64,000 nt of DNA from assembly GCF_044324875.1 (NCBI RefSeq), contig NZ_CP172185.1; one strand, 5' to 3'. Positions 1 to 11,231 of the stretch are shown here, piece after piece (position 1 is the stretch's first letter; each line of letters begins with the position of its first letter). The DNA is from Escherichia coli (GTDB taxonomy: Bacteria; Pseudomonadota; Gammaproteobacteria; Enterobacterales; Enterobacteriaceae). The notes under the pieces were generated by a model that saw only the letters and a list, made by a program, of their open reading frames with translations, was not told the origin of the DNA and ran no database searches. The translations under genes and the position numbers were made by a program.

Positions 1-77
1 TCTACGGTCTGTGAAGGAGGCTGCGCGTGTACGGTAAAACTTGCCAGGGCTGCTAAAAACAGAAGTATTATTTTCAT
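1..77 (-). CDS. yqhG: 5' end (about 25 codons) of a secreted protein gene that runs off the window; probable yqhG
   Basis: Reverse complement of 1..77 reads ATG AAA ATA ATA CTT CTG ... = MKIILLFLAALASFTVHAQPPSQTV, a Sec-type signal peptide, with a GGAGAGG Shine-Dalgarno about 8 nt upstream; position downstream of dkgA matches K-12 order. Too short for the ORF track. Confidence 0.4.
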   Translation of the reverse strand, partial: MKIILLFLAALASFTVHAQPPSQTV

Positions 78-276
78 CTGTTTTTCACCTCTCCGTTGCG
101 TTTATCCCGGGTGTAGATGAGTTGTTCCTTTAAGAGCTTCCGGCTCTGCATGATGATGTCCTTATATTTGGCATTCCTGAACAAGGAAGAGTAACAATGG
201 GCAGGACGCGAGGGGAATAAATGATTTCTGAAAAGTCCGGTAGCGGAACAATACCGCCACCGGGAGAATTTGCACG

Positions 277-1104
277 TTAGCCGCCAAACTGGTCAGGATC
301 GGGACCGAGACGCTTGCCCTGATCGAGTTTTGCAATTTCGCCGAGTTCGTCTTTGTCGAGACGGAAATCCCAGACATCAAAGTTTTCGACAATGCGTGAA
401 GGTGTGACCGATTTCGGGATCACCACCAGGCCGCTATCCAGATGCCAGCGGATAACAATCTGCGCCGGGGTTTTGCCGTATTTATCTGCCAGATCGCGAA
501 TGACTTTCTGATCGAAAACGCCTTTCCCTCCTTGCGCTAATGGGCTCCAGGATTCGGTCTGGATTTTGTGTGTCGCGTTCCAGGCATGTAGCTGGCGTTG
601 TTGCATCAGCGGGTGAAGTTCGATCTGATTAATAACAGGCGTCACGCCAGTTTCATCAATCAGGCGTTGCAGGTGATGGATCTGGAAGTTGCACACGCCG
701 ATGCTTTTGATTAATCCCTCTTTTTGCAATTCGATCATGCCTTTCCATGCTTCGACATAATGGTCGATAGCGGGAACGGGCCAGTGCATTAAGTAGAGGT
801 CGATATAATCAAGCTGGAGTTTTTTCAGGCTGTCGAGCAGGGCTTCGCGGGGGCGCTTGTGGTCGTCGTTCCACAGTTTAGTGGTGATGAACAGTTCTTC
901 TCTGTTGACTGAGGCATTTTTCAGGGCTTTGCCGACACCTTCTTCGTTCTTATAGGCCGCGGCGGTATCAATCGAGCGATAACCCACGTCTAACGCTTTT
1001 TGAATGGCGGTGATTACTTCCTCATTACTTGCTTGCCAGACGCCCAGTCCCAGCTGGGGCATGACATTGCCATCCTGTAGCTTAATAACGGTTGGATTAG
1101 CCAT
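277..1104 (-). CDS. dkgA: 2,5-diketo-D-gluconate reductase A / methylglyoxal reductase (aldo-keto reductase)
   Basis: 275-aa ORF starting MANPTVIKLQDGNVMPQLGLGVW; matches E. coli DkgA in length and sequence as I recall it. Confidence 0.93.
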   Translation of the reverse strand: MANPTVIKLQDGNVMPQLGLGVWQASNEEVITAIQKALDVGYRSIDTAAAYKNEEGVGKALKNASVNREELFITTKLWNDDHKRPREALLDSLKKLQLDYIDLYLMHWPVPAIDHYVEAWKGMIELQKEGLIKSIGVCNFQIHHLQRLIDETGVTPVINQIELHPLMQQRQLHAWNATHKIQTESWSPLAQGGKGVFDQKVIRDLADKYGKTPAQIVIRWHLDSGLVVIPKSVTPSRIVENFDVWDFRLDKDELGEIAKLDQGKRLGPDPDQFGG

Positions 1105-1208
1105 ACGTTCCTCCTTTATATGAACTCACCGGAGCAGGCTCCGGTGAGGTGTTGTGAACTTAAGTCTGGACGAAATGCCCGAAAACGAAAGTTTGAGGCG
1201 TAAAAAGC

Positions 1209-2372
1209 TTAGCGGGCGGCTTCGTATATACGGCGGCTGACATCCAGCGTAATGTCATGATTTTCGCCCAGTTGGGTCATGCCGTGCTCTTCCAGTTTTT
1301 TCAGCAAAGCCGGGATGGAGCTGCCGTCCAGACCGTAGTCGGAGAGGTGGGTAGGCACGCCTAATTGCTCAAAGAAATTGCGGGTTGCGGCAATCGCGGC
1401 GTCAATACGCTCATCGTCGGAACCTTCAGTGATGTTCCAGACGCGTTCAGCATATTGCAGCAGCTTAGCGCGCTTGGTATCGCGTTTTTCATTCCACAGT
1501 GCAGGCAGGACGATAGCCAGTGTTTGCGCGTGATCCAGACCGTGCATCGCAGTCAGTTCGTGGCCCAGCATATGCGTTGCCCAGTCCTGCGGTACGCCAG
1601 CGCCAATCAAACCGTTCAGCGCCTGCGTCGCCGCCCACATAACGTTGGCGCGCACATCGTAGTTTTCTGGCTCTTTCAGGGCTTTCGGACCATCTTCGAT
1701 CAGCGTCAACAAAATGCCTTCTGCGAAACGGTCCTGAATTTTGGCATCAACCGGTTTGGTAACATACTGTTCCACGGTGTGTACAAAGGCGTCCACTACA
1801 CCGTTAGCCACCTGACGCGGCGGCAGGGTGTAGGTATAAACCGGATCGAGCACGGCAAATACGGGCTGAACATGGGCAGAATGGAACGCCTGCTTGTCGC
1901 CTGTGGTTTTACGGGAGATCACCGCACCTGCGTTGGATTCTGAACCGGTTGCTGGCAGCGTCAGCACACAGCCCATCGGGATGGCGCTTTTAATCTCTTT
2001 ACCGCCCGTTTGCAGAATGTGCCACGGATCGATATTTTCCGGATAGTTAGCCGCTGCGGCGATAAATTTGGTGCCGTCCAGTACAGAACCGCCGCCAACT
2101 GCCAGCAGGAAAGTCACTTTTTGTTCGCGAACCAGTTTCACGGCGTTCATCAGCGTTTCATAAGCCGGGTTTGGCTCAATACCGCCAAATTCCAGCACGT
2201 CCATGCCTTTCAGGGCATCCAGAACTTGATCGAGAACGCCGGTTTTTTTCACGCTGCCGCCACCGTAGGTAATCAATACGCGAGCATCGTGAGGAATTTG
2301 TTCGCGTAAACCAGCGATTGCGCCTTTACCAAACAGAATGCGGGTTGGGGTGTGCAGATTAAAGTTGTTCAT
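1209..2372 (-). CDS. yqhD: NADPH-dependent aldehyde reductase (iron-containing alcohol dehydrogenase family)
   Basis: ORF 1209..2396; known N-terminus [17 protein letters not shown] begins 8 codons into the track ORF, giving 387 aa; forms the yqhD-dkgA pair. Confidence 0.93.
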   Translation of the reverse strand: MNNFNLHTPTRILFGKGAIAGLREQIPHDARVLITYGGGSVKKTGVLDQVLDALKGMDVLEFGGIEPNPAYETLMNAVKLVREQKVTFLLAVGGGSVLDGTKFIAAAANYPENIDPWHILQTGGKEIKSAIPMGCVLTLPATGSESNAGAVISRKTTGDKQAFHSAHVQPVFAVLDPVYTYTLPPRQVANGVVDAFVHTVEQYVTKPVDAKIQDRFAEGILLTLIEDGPKALKEPENYDVRANVMWAATQALNGLIGAGVPQDWATHMLGHELTAMHGLDHAQTLAIVLPALWNEKRDTKRAKLLQYAERVWNITEGSDDERIDAAIAATRNFFEQLGVPTHLSDYGLDGSSIPALLKKLEEHGMTQLGENHDITLDVSRRIYEAAR

Positions 2373-2508
2373 TACTTGCTCCCTTTGCTGGGCCAATATG
2401 AGGGCAGAGAACGATCTGCCTGATGTTTTTCATTGTGATCGCCAGCGCCCTGGCTCTCAATGCTCATTTCTGCCAATGTCTTGCCTATTTCTCCAGAGTG
2501 CTGGAGAA

Positions 2509-3465
2509 ATGCTACAAAATTGCGCACAATCAAATTGCCGCATTATTCCTAAGAAATTACGCGATATGAAACGTGAAGAGATTTGCCGCTTGCTGGCGGA
2601 TAAAGTTAATAAACTGAAAAATAAAGAAAATAGTTTGTCAGAACTGTTGCCCGATGTGCGTTTGTTGTATGGCGAGACGCCTTTCGCACGTACACCGGTG
2701 ATGTACGAGCCTGGCATCATAATTCTCTTTTCCGGACATAAAATCGGTTATATCAATGAACGCGTGTTTCGTTATGATGCCAATGAATACCTGCTGCTGA
2801 CGGTGCCGTTGCCGTTTGAGTGCGAAACCTATGCCACGTCAGAGGTGCCGCTGGCAGGGTTGCGTCTCAATGTCGATATTTTGCAGTTACAGGAACTGTT
2901 GATGGACATTGGCGAAGATGAGCATTTCCAGCCGTCGATGGCAGCCAGCGGGATTAACTCCGCCACGTTATCAGAAGAGATTTTATGCGCGGCGGAGCGG
3001 TTACTCGACGTGATGGAGCGACCACTGGATGCGCGTATTCTCGGCAAACAGATCATCCGCGAAATTCTGTACTACGTGCTGACCGGACCTTGCGGCGGCG
3101 CGTTACTGGCGCTGGTCAGTCGCCAGACTCACTTCAGCCTGATTAGCCGCGTGCTGAAACGGATTGAGAATAAATACACCGAAAACCTGAGCGTCGAGCA
3201 ACTGGCGGCAGAAGCCAACATGAGCGTATCGGCGTTCCACCATAATTTTAAGTCTGTCACCAGCACCTCGCCGTTGCAGTATTTGAAGAATTACCGTCTG
3301 CATAAGGCGCGGATGATGATCATCCACGACGGCATGAAAGCCAGTGCGGCAGCGATGCGCGTCGGTTACGAAAGCGCATCGCAATTTAGCCGTGAGTTTA
3401 AACGTTACTTTGGTGTGACGCCGGGGGAAGATGCGGCAAGAATGCGGGCGATGCAGGGGAATTAA
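2509..3465 (+). CDS. yqhC: AraC/XylS-family transcriptional activator of yqhD-dkgA
   Basis: ORF 2338..3465; protein from [24 protein letters not shown] (codon 58 of the track ORF) gives 318 aa; C-terminal AraC-type HTH region; divergent from yqhD. Confidence 0.88.
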   Translation: MLQNCAQSNCRIIPKKLRDMKREEICRLLADKVNKLKNKENSLSELLPDVRLLYGETPFARTPVMYEPGIIILFSGHKIGYINERVFRYDANEYLLLTVPLPFECETYATSEVPLAGLRLNVDILQLQELLMDIGEDEHFQPSMAASGINSATLSEEILCAAERLLDVMERPLDARILGKQIIREILYYVLTGPCGGALLALVSRQTHFSLISRVLKRIENKYTENLSVEQLAAEANMSVSAFHHNFKSVTSTSPLQYLKNYRLHKARMMIIHDGMKASAAAMRVGYESASQFSREFKRYFGVTPGEDAARMRAMQGN

Positions 3466-3504
3466 ATACGTTCCCGGTACAGCAACCGGGAACGGGGAAA
3501 ATCG

Positions 3505-4164
3505 TCAGGCGTTACAGTATTTTTTTTTAATCACCACAAACAGCGTGCCTAACAAGCCAGCGGTTAACAAGGCAATTGGCAGGATCATCAGGATCGTCAT
3601 TACCTGATCTTCATGGCGTTTAACGAACGGAATCATACTTAATGCATAGCCGAAACTGGTTACCACGCTGACCCACAGCAATCCACTTAACCAGTTGAAA
3701 AACTGGAAGCGGCGGTTTGGCAGACCGGAAATTCCCGCCATGGTTGGCAGCAACGTACGGACAAATGCAAGAAAACGTCCAGCCAGCAGCGCCAGCAGAC
3801 CGTGGCGGTCAAACATGCAGGTGGCGCGCTGGTGATATTTAGCGGGAAGCTGTGCCAGCCAGCCTTTCACCGTTTTGGTATTCCCTAACCAGCGCCCCTG
3901 AATATAACTTAACCAGCAGCCCAGACTTGCTGCGGCGGTCAGAATCGCAATCGTAGGCAGAAAATCCATAACCCCCTGGGCAATCAATGCGCCAGCCAAT
4001 ATCAACAAGCTGTCGCCTGGCAAAAATGAGGCGGGCAGCAGGCCGTTTTCTAAAAACAGCGTGGCAAACATGACAAAGTAAACAACGCTAACAATATGAG
4101 GATCCGCCAGCGCGGCAAAGTCGTGTTGCCAGAGCGCAGCGATGATATCTTGAATAACAGCCAT
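3505..4164 (-). CDS. yghB: DedA-family inner membrane protein
   Basis: 219-aa [26 protein letters not shown]..., multi-pass hydrophobic; matches YghB. Confidence 0.9.
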   Translation of the reverse strand: MAVIQDIIAALWQHDFAALADPHIVSVVYFVMFATLFLENGLLPASFLPGDSLLILAGALIAQGVMDFLPTIAILTAAASLGCWLSYIQGRWLGNTKTVKGWLAQLPAKYHQRATCMFDRHGLLALLAGRFLAFVRTLLPTMAGISGLPNRRFQFFNWLSGLLWVSVVTSFGYALSMIPFVKRHEDQVMTILMILPIALLTAGLLGTLFVVIKKKYCNA

Positions 4165-4303
4165 GGACTTTCCTGTGGAACAGCGTTTAAGCCTTTATCT
4201 GCCTATTGTACTCCTGAATCGTCCGGGACGCCTTGATCCCGGACGCAACAATTTAAGACTTTTCACAATAAAATGTCTGCAAAATTGTCCAAAAGTGGCA
4301 ATG

Positions 4304-5491
4304 TTATACAATTCGCGCAAAACCGGCGTCCAGATCGGCAATCAGATCGTCGACATCTTCCAGACCAATATGCAGGCGAATCAAGGTCCCGCTAAAATCG
4401 ATCTCGCCTTGCGGGCGAATGGCGGCGATATGTTCTGGTTGATTTGCCAGGATCAACGATTCATAACCGCCCCACGAGTAGGCCATGCTGAATAAACTGA
4501 AGTTATCCAGATAGTTCGCCAGCTCTTCATCATTGAGTTTTTTCTTAAGCACAAAGGAAAATAGCCCGCTGCTACCTGTAAAGTCTCGTTTCCAGAATTC
4601 GTGGCCTTTACTGCCAGGCAGAGCAGGGTGGTTAACTCGCGCTACTTGCGGATGTTCTGCCAGCCATTCAGCCACTTTCAGACTGCTTTCATGATGTTGA
4701 CGCAGGCGAACACCCAAAGTGCGCAGGCCACGGCTGGTTATATAGGCGGTATCGGCATCGACCATCTGGCCCATCAGATAGGCATTCTCCCGCAGCTGCT
4801 CCCAGCAACGGGCATTGCACACGGCAGTGCCAATCATCGCATCTGAATGCCCCACCAGATATTTGGTAGCGGCCTGAATGGAAACATCGATGCCAAAATC
4901 CAGCGCCTTAAACAGCACACCGGCCGCCCAGGTGTTATCGATCATAATGATGGCATCTGGCACCACATTGCGCACGGCGGCAACAATCGCCGGAACGTCG
5001 TGGACTTCCATGGTGATGGAGCCTGGGGATTCCAGAAACACGATTTTAGTGTTTGGCTGCACATGTTTAACGATATCTGCGCCAATCAGCGGATCAAACC
5101 ACGATGTCGTTACGCCCAGTTTGCTGAGGATTTTGCTACAGAAATCCTGACTCGGTTCATAGGCAGTGTTGGTCATTAACACATGATCGCCCTGTTCGAC
5201 AAAAGCAAGAATAGAATTAGCAACCGCCGCTGCCCCGCAGGGGAACAGCACGCAGCCTGCGCCACCTTCCAGTTCACACATCGCTTGTTGTAAGGAAAAA
5301 TGGGTTAACGTTCCGCGCCGCCCATAGAACAACTCGCCATTGGCGCGATTGCGTGTCGCGTGCTTTTTGGCTTCCACACTGTCAAAGACCAGCGAAGAAG
5401 CGCGCTGAATCACGCTATTTACCGCGCCGAGAGTGTATTTTTTGCTGCGTCCTGCATTCACCAGTTGAGTATCAAGCTTTTTGTCCGCCAT
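4304..5491 (-). CDS. metC: cystathionine beta-lyase (PLP-dependent)
   Basis: ORF 4304..5626; known N-terminus [20 protein letters not shown] is codon 46 of the track ORF, giving 395 aa. Confidence 0.93.
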   Translation of the reverse strand: MADKKLDTQLVNAGRSKKYTLGAVNSVIQRASSLVFDSVEAKKHATRNRANGELFYGRRGTLTHFSLQQAMCELEGGAGCVLFPCGAAAVANSILAFVEQGDHVLMTNTAYEPSQDFCSKILSKLGVTTSWFDPLIGADIVKHVQPNTKIVFLESPGSITMEVHDVPAIVAAVRNVVPDAIIMIDNTWAAGVLFKALDFGIDVSIQAATKYLVGHSDAMIGTAVCNARCWEQLRENAYLMGQMVDADTAYITSRGLRTLGVRLRQHHESSLKVAEWLAEHPQVARVNHPALPGSKGHEFWKRDFTGSSGLFSFVLKKKLNDEELANYLDNFSLFSMAYSWGGYESLILANQPEHIAAIRPQGEIDFSGTLIRLHIGLEDVDDLIADLDAGFARIV

Positions 5492-5509
5492 GTCGGGATT
5501 CCTGTTTTT

Positions 5510-5525
5510 ATACGTCTGGATGTCT
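5510..5525. promoter_or_regulatory. candidate MetJ operator (tandem met-box-like octamers ATACGTCT GGATGTCT) just upstream of metC
   Basis: Two adjacent 8-mers resembling the AGACGTCT met box, 19-34 bp upstream of the metC ATG; metC is a MetJ regulon member. Confidence 0.3.
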
Positions 5526-5742
5526 AAACTAGCATGAATATTCTCGGGCGCATCCTGAAGAATTGGCATAAAGCAGAAAATTTTCGCAAATGGCGTGCTG
5601 GTGACTTTTTTACTGCGTAAACGCAAGGAAAAGAAAGCAAAGGTACGGCAGTATGCAAATAGTAATGAGAACGACTATCAATTCGACGTCGTTTTGATAT
5701 TATTATGCGCAGATTTTGTGACTTGCGTCCTGGAGATACACA

Positions 5743-6477
5743 GTGGGTAATAATTTAATGCAGACGGACCTTTCCGTCTGGGGTATGTATCAGCACGCCG
5801 ATATTGTCGTTAAGTGCGTGATGATTGGGCTTATTTTGGCCTCCGTAGTCACCTGGGCAATCTTCTTCAGTAAGAGCGTAGAGTTCTTCACTCAGAAGCG
5901 TCGCCTTAAGCGCGAGCAGCAACTGCTGGCTGAAGCGCGTTCCTTAAACCAGGCCAACGATATCGCCGCTGATTTTGGTAGCAAAAGCTTAAGCCTGCAT
6001 TTGCTCAATGAAGCGCAGAATGAGCTGGAACTGTCAGAAGGCAGCGACGATAACGAAGGTATTAAAGAACGTACCAGCTTCCGTCTGGAGCGTCGGGTCG
6101 CCGCAGTAGGTCGTCAAATGGGCCGCGGTAACGGTTATCTGGCAACCATCGGCGCGATTTCGCCGTTCGTTGGTCTGTTTGGTACGGTCTGGGGCATCAT
6201 GAACAGCTTTATTGGTATCGCGCAAACGCAGACCACTAACCTGGCAGTCGTTGCGCCGGGTATTGCAGAAGCTCTGTTAGCAACGGCAATCGGCCTCGTG
6301 GCAGCGATTCCGGCGGTCGTTATCTATAACGTATTTGCACGTCAGATTGGCGGCTTTAAAGCGATGCTGGGTGATGTCGCAGCGCAGGTATTGTTGCTGC
6401 AAAGCCGTGACCTGGATCTGGAAGCCAGCGCCGCTGCGCATCCGGTTCGTGTCGCACAAAAATTACGCGCAGGATAA
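5743..6477 (+). CDS. exbB: TonB-system energising protein ExbB
   Basis: 244-aa ORF MGNNLMQTDLSVWGMYQHADIVVKCVM..., GTG start as printed; matches ExbB. Confidence 0.95.
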   Translation: MGNNLMQTDLSVWGMYQHADIVVKCVMIGLILASVVTWAIFFSKSVEFFTQKRRLKREQQLLAEARSLNQANDIAADFGSKSLSLHLLNEAQNELELSEGSDDNEGIKERTSFRLERRVAAVGRQMGRGNGYLATIGAISPFVGLFGTVWGIMNSFIGIAQTQTTNLAVVAPGIAEALLATAIGLVAAIPAVVIYNVFARQIGGFKAMLGDVAAQVLLLQSRDLDLEASAAAHPVRVAQKLRAG

Positions 6478-6483
6478 TGTCCG

Positions 6484-6909
6484 ATGGCAATGCATCTTAA
6501 CGAAAACCTCGACGATAACGGCGAAATGCATGATATCAACGTGACGCCGTTTATCGACGTGATGTTGGTTTTGCTGATTATCTTTATGGTGGCGGCACCG
6601 TTAGCGACGGTAGATGTGAAGGTGAATTTGCCTGCTTCTACCAGCACGCCGCAGCCGCGCCCGGAAAAACCGGTTTATCTGTCGGTGAAAGCAGACAACT
6701 CGATGTTTATTGGTAACGATCCGGTCACCGATGAAACAATGATTACGGCGTTGAATGCGTTAACCGAAGGCAAGAAAGACACCACCATCTTCTTCCGAGC
6801 GGACAAAACCGTCGATTACGAGACGTTGATGAAGGTAATGGATACGCTGCATCAGGCGGGTTACCTGAAAATAGGTCTGGTCGGCGAAGAAACTGCGAAA
6901 GCGAAATAA
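6484..6909 (+). CDS. exbD: TonB-system protein ExbD
   Basis: 141-aa ORF MAMHLNENLDDNGEMHDINVTPFIDVMLVLLIIFM...; 6 nt after exbB stop. Confidence 0.95.
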   Translation: MAMHLNENLDDNGEMHDINVTPFIDVMLVLLIIFMVAAPLATVDVKVNLPASTSTPQPRPEKPVYLSVKADNSMFIGNDPVTDETMITALNALTEGKKDTTIFFRADKTVDYETLMKVMDTLHQAGYLKIGLVGEETAKAK

Positions 6910-6914
6910 AAATG

Positions 6915-6949
6915 ATGCCCGGTTGCTTTTCACAACCGGGCATTTTTTT
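6915..6949. terminator. bidirectional rho-independent terminator between convergent exbD and yghA
   Basis: Inverted repeat ATGCCCGGTTG / CAACCGGGCAT with 8-nt loop, followed by TTTTTTT. Confidence 0.5.
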
Positions 6950-7832
6950 AACCTAAATGCTCGCCGCCGCAGACACCGTGCACTTCTGCGGTGACGTAGC
7001 TCGACTCCTGACTTGCCAGGTAAACATATACAGGGGCCAGTTCCGCCGGTTGCCCCGCACGCTTCATCGGCGTTTTCTGACCAAACTGCGGGATCTTATC
7101 CTGCGTCTGTCCGCCGGAAATTTGCAGTGCTGTCCAGATCGGGCCAGGTGCAACAATATTCACACGAATACCTTTCTCCGCGACCTGTTTTGCCAGGCCT
7201 CGGCTGTAGTTCAGAATCGCCGCCTTCGTAGCCGCATAGTCCAGTAAATGCGGGCTTGGCTGGTATGCCTGGATTGACGAAGTGGTGATGATACTAGCAC
7301 CTTTCGGTAGCAGGGGGAGCGCTTCCTGGGTTAGCCAGAACAGCGCGAAAACGTTAATGGTAAAGGTCTTTTGAAACTGTTCGCTGGTGAGGTCTGCAAT
7401 ATCAGGAATGGCAACCTGTTTCCCGGCGACCAGCGCCATAATATCCAGCCCGCCTAACGCCTTGTGCGCTTCGTGAACCAGCGAACGGGCGAATTTCTCA
7501 TCGCTTAAATCGCCTGGCAGCAGGACGGCTTTGCGTCCGCATTCTTCAATGATCTTTTTCACATCCTGAGCGTCTTGTTCTTCTACGGGAAGATAACTAA
7601 TCGCCACGTCAGCCCCTTCACGCGCGTAAGCAATGGCGGCAGCGCGACCGATTCCGGAATCGCCCCCTGTCACCAGTGCTTTACGATCTTTCAGGCGACC
7701 GCTACCAACATAGGTTTTCTCGCCGCAATCCGGTACCGGTGTCATCTTCGCCTGGATGCCTGGCGTCGGTTGTTTCTGTTTGGGATATTCACCAGTGTAA
7801 TACTGCGTGGTCGGGTCTTTTAAATGAGACAT
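6948..7832 (-). CDS. yghA: NAD(P)-dependent short-chain dehydrogenase/reductase
   Basis: 294-aa ORF; [10 protein letters not shown] glycine-rich cofactor loop; matches YghA. Confidence 0.9.
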   Translation of the reverse strand: MSHLKDPTTQYYTGEYPKQKQPTPGIQAKMTPVPDCGEKTYVGSGRLKDRKALVTGGDSGIGRAAAIAYAREGADVAISYLPVEEQDAQDVKKIIEECGRKAVLLPGDLSDEKFARSLVHEAHKALGGLDIMALVAGKQVAIPDIADLTSEQFQKTFTINVFALFWLTQEALPLLPKGASIITTSSIQAYQPSPHLLDYAATKAAILNYSRGLAKQVAEKGIRVNIVAPGPIWTALQISGGQTQDKIPQFGQKTPMKRAGQPAELAPVYVYLASQESSYVTAEVHGVCGGEHLG

Positions 7833-7953
7833 CGTTTTTCTCCCTTCAGGTTCAACGTCCTTTAAGGGTAGACGCTCTCGATGCGTTGATAAGGGAACCA
7901 GGAAGATCCCTAAACCTCGGATTTATGCGACAAAGGTTTAACGGATATGTTGA

Positions 7954-8517
<564 letters not shown>

Positions 8518-8524
8518 TCTGATT

Positions 8525-8550
8525 CGGGCGCGGTTCTCGCGCCCGTTATT
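8525..8550. terminator. hairpin terminator between convergent yqhA and gpr
   Basis: CGGGCGCG gttct CGCGCCCG perfect 8-bp GC stem followed by TTATT. Confidence 0.4.
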
Positions 8551-8556
8551 AACAGG

Positions 8557-9597
8557 TCATTTATCGGAAGACGCCTGCCACAGATTCAGCTCGCCATCGG
8601 CGATATGCTGATCAATCTGCGCCAGCTCCTCGGCACTGAATGCCAGGTTGTTTAACGCCTGCACGTTCTCTTCCAGTTGTTCCGGACGGCTGGCACCAAT
8701 CAACACCGAGGTGACGCGTTCATCTTTCAGCAACCAGCTTAACGCCATTTGCGCCATTGATTGTCCACGCTGCTGTGCCATTTCATTCAATAACCGCAGG
8801 CTGTTGAGGTTGGCTTCGGTGAGCATTTTCGGCGTCAGACCACGAACTTTATTCCCTTCACGATGCATCCGTGAATCTTGCGGAATACCGTTGAGATATT
8901 TTCCGGTCAGCAATCCCTGAGCCAGAGGAGTAAAGGCAATGCAGCCCACGCCGTTATGTTGCAGGGTATCCAGCAGGCCGCTTTTATCCACCCAGCGGTT
9001 CAGTAAATTGTACGAAGGTTGATGAATTAACAGCGGAATTTTCCACTCGCGCAGCAACTCGACCATTTTTTGCGTCCGCTCTGGCGAGTAAGAGGAGATC
9101 CCGACATAAAGCGCCTTACCGCTTTGTACCGCATGAGCCAGCGCAGAGGCGGTTTCTTCCATCGGCGTATTTTCATCGACGCGATGAGAGTAAAAGATAT
9201 CGACATACTCAAGCCCCATACGCTTCAGGCTTTGGTCGAGGCTGGCGAGCAGGTATTTACGTGAACCGCCAGAGCCGTAAGGGCCGGGCCACATATCGTA
9301 GCCAGCCTTGGTAGAGATAATCAGTTCATCGCGATAAGCGGCAAAATCCTCCCGCAGCAGGCGACCAAAGTTCTCTTCTGCGCTTCCTGGAGGCGGCCCG
9401 TAATTGTTGGCTAAATCAAAGTGCGTAATGCCTAAATCAAACGCTTTACGCAGGATCGCACGCTGTGATTCCAGCGCGTTAACGTGACCGAAATTGTGCC
9501 ATAAACCGAGCGATAACGCGGGCAGGCGTAAACCGCTTTTTCCGCAATAACGGTACTGCATCTGCCCGTAACGCTCGGGATTCGCTAACCAGACCAT
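8557..9597 (-). CDS. gpr: L-glyceraldehyde 3-phosphate reductase (aldo-keto reductase)
   Basis: 346-aa ORF MVWLANPERYGQMQYRYCGKSGLRLPALSLGLW...; matches YghZ/Gpr. Confidence 0.9.
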   Translation of the reverse strand: MVWLANPERYGQMQYRYCGKSGLRLPALSLGLWHNFGHVNALESQRAILRKAFDLGITHFDLANNYGPPPGSAEENFGRLLREDFAAYRDELIISTKAGYDMWPGPYGSGGSRKYLLASLDQSLKRMGLEYVDIFYSHRVDENTPMEETASALAHAVQSGKALYVGISSYSPERTQKMVELLREWKIPLLIHQPSYNLLNRWVDKSGLLDTLQHNGVGCIAFTPLAQGLLTGKYLNGIPQDSRMHREGNKVRGLTPKMLTEANLNSLRLLNEMAQQRGQSMAQMALSWLLKDERVTSVLIGASRPEQLEENVQALNNLAFSAEELAQIDQHIADGELNLWQASSDK

Positions 9598-9753
9598 GAC
9601 CTCTCCTTTCCACCATTCAATTTCGAAACAATGTTTCTAGTTTAGCGATTCATCAGCGCGTATCCCGTAGTCTGGCTCACAGAGTGACGAAAAACTGGGC
9701 AAAAACACGCGCTTATGCTTTGCTTAAAAAAACACCAGTTGAGGAGTGCAACG

Positions 9754-10637
9754 ATGCCGCGTTTAACCGCCAAAGATTTCCCACAAGAGTTGCTGGATTA
9801 CTACGACTATTACGCTCACGGGAAAATCTCGAAACGTGAGTTCCTCAACCTTGCGGCGAAGTATGCGGTAGGCGGGATGACGGCATTAGCGTTGTTTGAT
9901 TTGCTCAAGCCAAATTATGCGCTGGCGACTCAGGTAGAGTTTACCGACCCGGAGATTGTTGCTGAGTACATCACGTATCCTTCACCAAATGGTCACGGCG
10001 AGGTACGGGGTTATCTGGTGAAGCCCGCAAAGATGAGCGGCAAAACGCCAGCCGTGGTGGTGGTGCATGAGAATCGTGGACTGAATCCGTATATCGAAGA
10101 TGTGGCACGGCGAGTGGCGAAGGCGGGGTATATCGCCCTGGCACCTGACGGCTTAAGTTCCGTTGGAGGTTATCCGGGTAATGATGATAAAGGTCGTGAG
10201 CTGCAACAGCAGGTTGATCCAACCAAACTGATGAATGATTTCTTTGCCGCAATTGAGTTTATGCAACGCTATCCGCTAGCGACAGGCAAAGTGGGTATTA
10301 CCGGATTTTGCTATGGCGGTGGCGTATCGAACGCGGCGGCTCGTATCCGGAACTGGCCTGCGCGGTGCCGTTTTATGGTCGACAGGCACCCACCGCCGAT
10401 GTGGCGAAGATTGAAGCGCCTTTACTACTCCACTACGCGGAACTGGACACCCGAATCAACGAGGGCTGGCCTGCTTACGAGGCGGCGTTGAAAGCCAATA
10501 ATAAGGTCTATGAGGCGTATATCTATCCGGGGGTTAATCACGGATTCCATAATGATTCCACGCCCCGTTATGACAAATCTGCCGCCGATCTTGCCTGGCA
10601 AAGGACGCTGAAATGGTTCGATAAATATCTCTCCTGA
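9754..10637 (+). pseudogene. yghX: dienelactone-hydrolase-family gene disrupted by a frameshift
   Basis: Track ORF 9715..10491 encodes the N-terminal hydrolase part up to [13 protein letters not shown] and then runs into nonsense; overlapping ORF 10308..10637 in another frame encodes the continuation [14 protein letters not shown]...KWFDKYLS. Frame switch near 10339-10346. Confidence 0.8.
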
Positions 10638-10755
10638 TAGGTTTATCTCTTACGGGATTACGTCTTAAACAAGCATGAAAAAATAGCGTGCGCAAAAGTC
10701 GTTCTTTGCCTAAAATATCGCTATATATGGCAATATATAGCGAATGAGGTGAACG

Positions 10756-11043
10756 ATGAATAACCATTTTGGTAAAGGCTTAATGGCGGGATTAAAAGCA
10801 ACGCATGCCGACAGTGCGGTTAATGTGACAAAATACTGTGCCGATTATAAACGCGGTTTTGTATTAGGCTACTCACACCGGATGTACGAAAAGACCGGAG
10901 ATCGCCAGCTTAGCGCCTGGGAAGCGGGTATTCTGACGCGCCGCTATGGACTGGATAAAGAGATGGTAATGGATTTCTTTCGTGAGAATAATTCCTGTTC
11001 TACGTTGCGCTTTTTTATGGCCGGTTATCGCCTCGAAAATTGA
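10756..11043 (+). CDS. yghW: small protein of unknown function (DUF2623-type)
   Basis: 95-aa [30 protein letters not shown]...; position upstream of hybO as in K-12. Confidence 0.75.
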   Translation: MNNHFGKGLMAGLKATHADSAVNVTKYCADYKRGFVLGYSHRMYEKTGDRQLSAWEAGILTRRYGLDKEMVMDFFRENNSCSTLRFFMAGYRLEN

Positions 11044-11231
11044 TCAAACATACGTATTATCTTGCTTTAATTAATTACACTAATGCTTCTTCCCTTCGTT
11101 TTAGCGCCCCGCCGCAGTATCATGATATCGATAACCATAATAAATGTGTGGTAAATGGCGCATCGATCGCATTATTGATTTTGCGATTGAGGCAAAATAT
11201 ATGCCAGGTCTTCGCAACGGAATAACTATAA
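11044..11231 (+). promoter_or_regulatory. hyb operon promoter/control region
   Basis: 188-bp AT-rich non-coding interval immediately upstream of hybO; inference from position only. Confidence 0.4.

Noticed and set aside
1365-1943. 192-aa plus-strand ORF inside yqhD
   Set aside because: Lies antisense within a well-supported gene; no recognisable protein features.
11040-11225. 61-aa ORF between yghW and hybO
   Set aside because: Sits in the hyb promoter region, no Shine-Dalgarno, AT-rich; more likely regulatory DNA than a gene.
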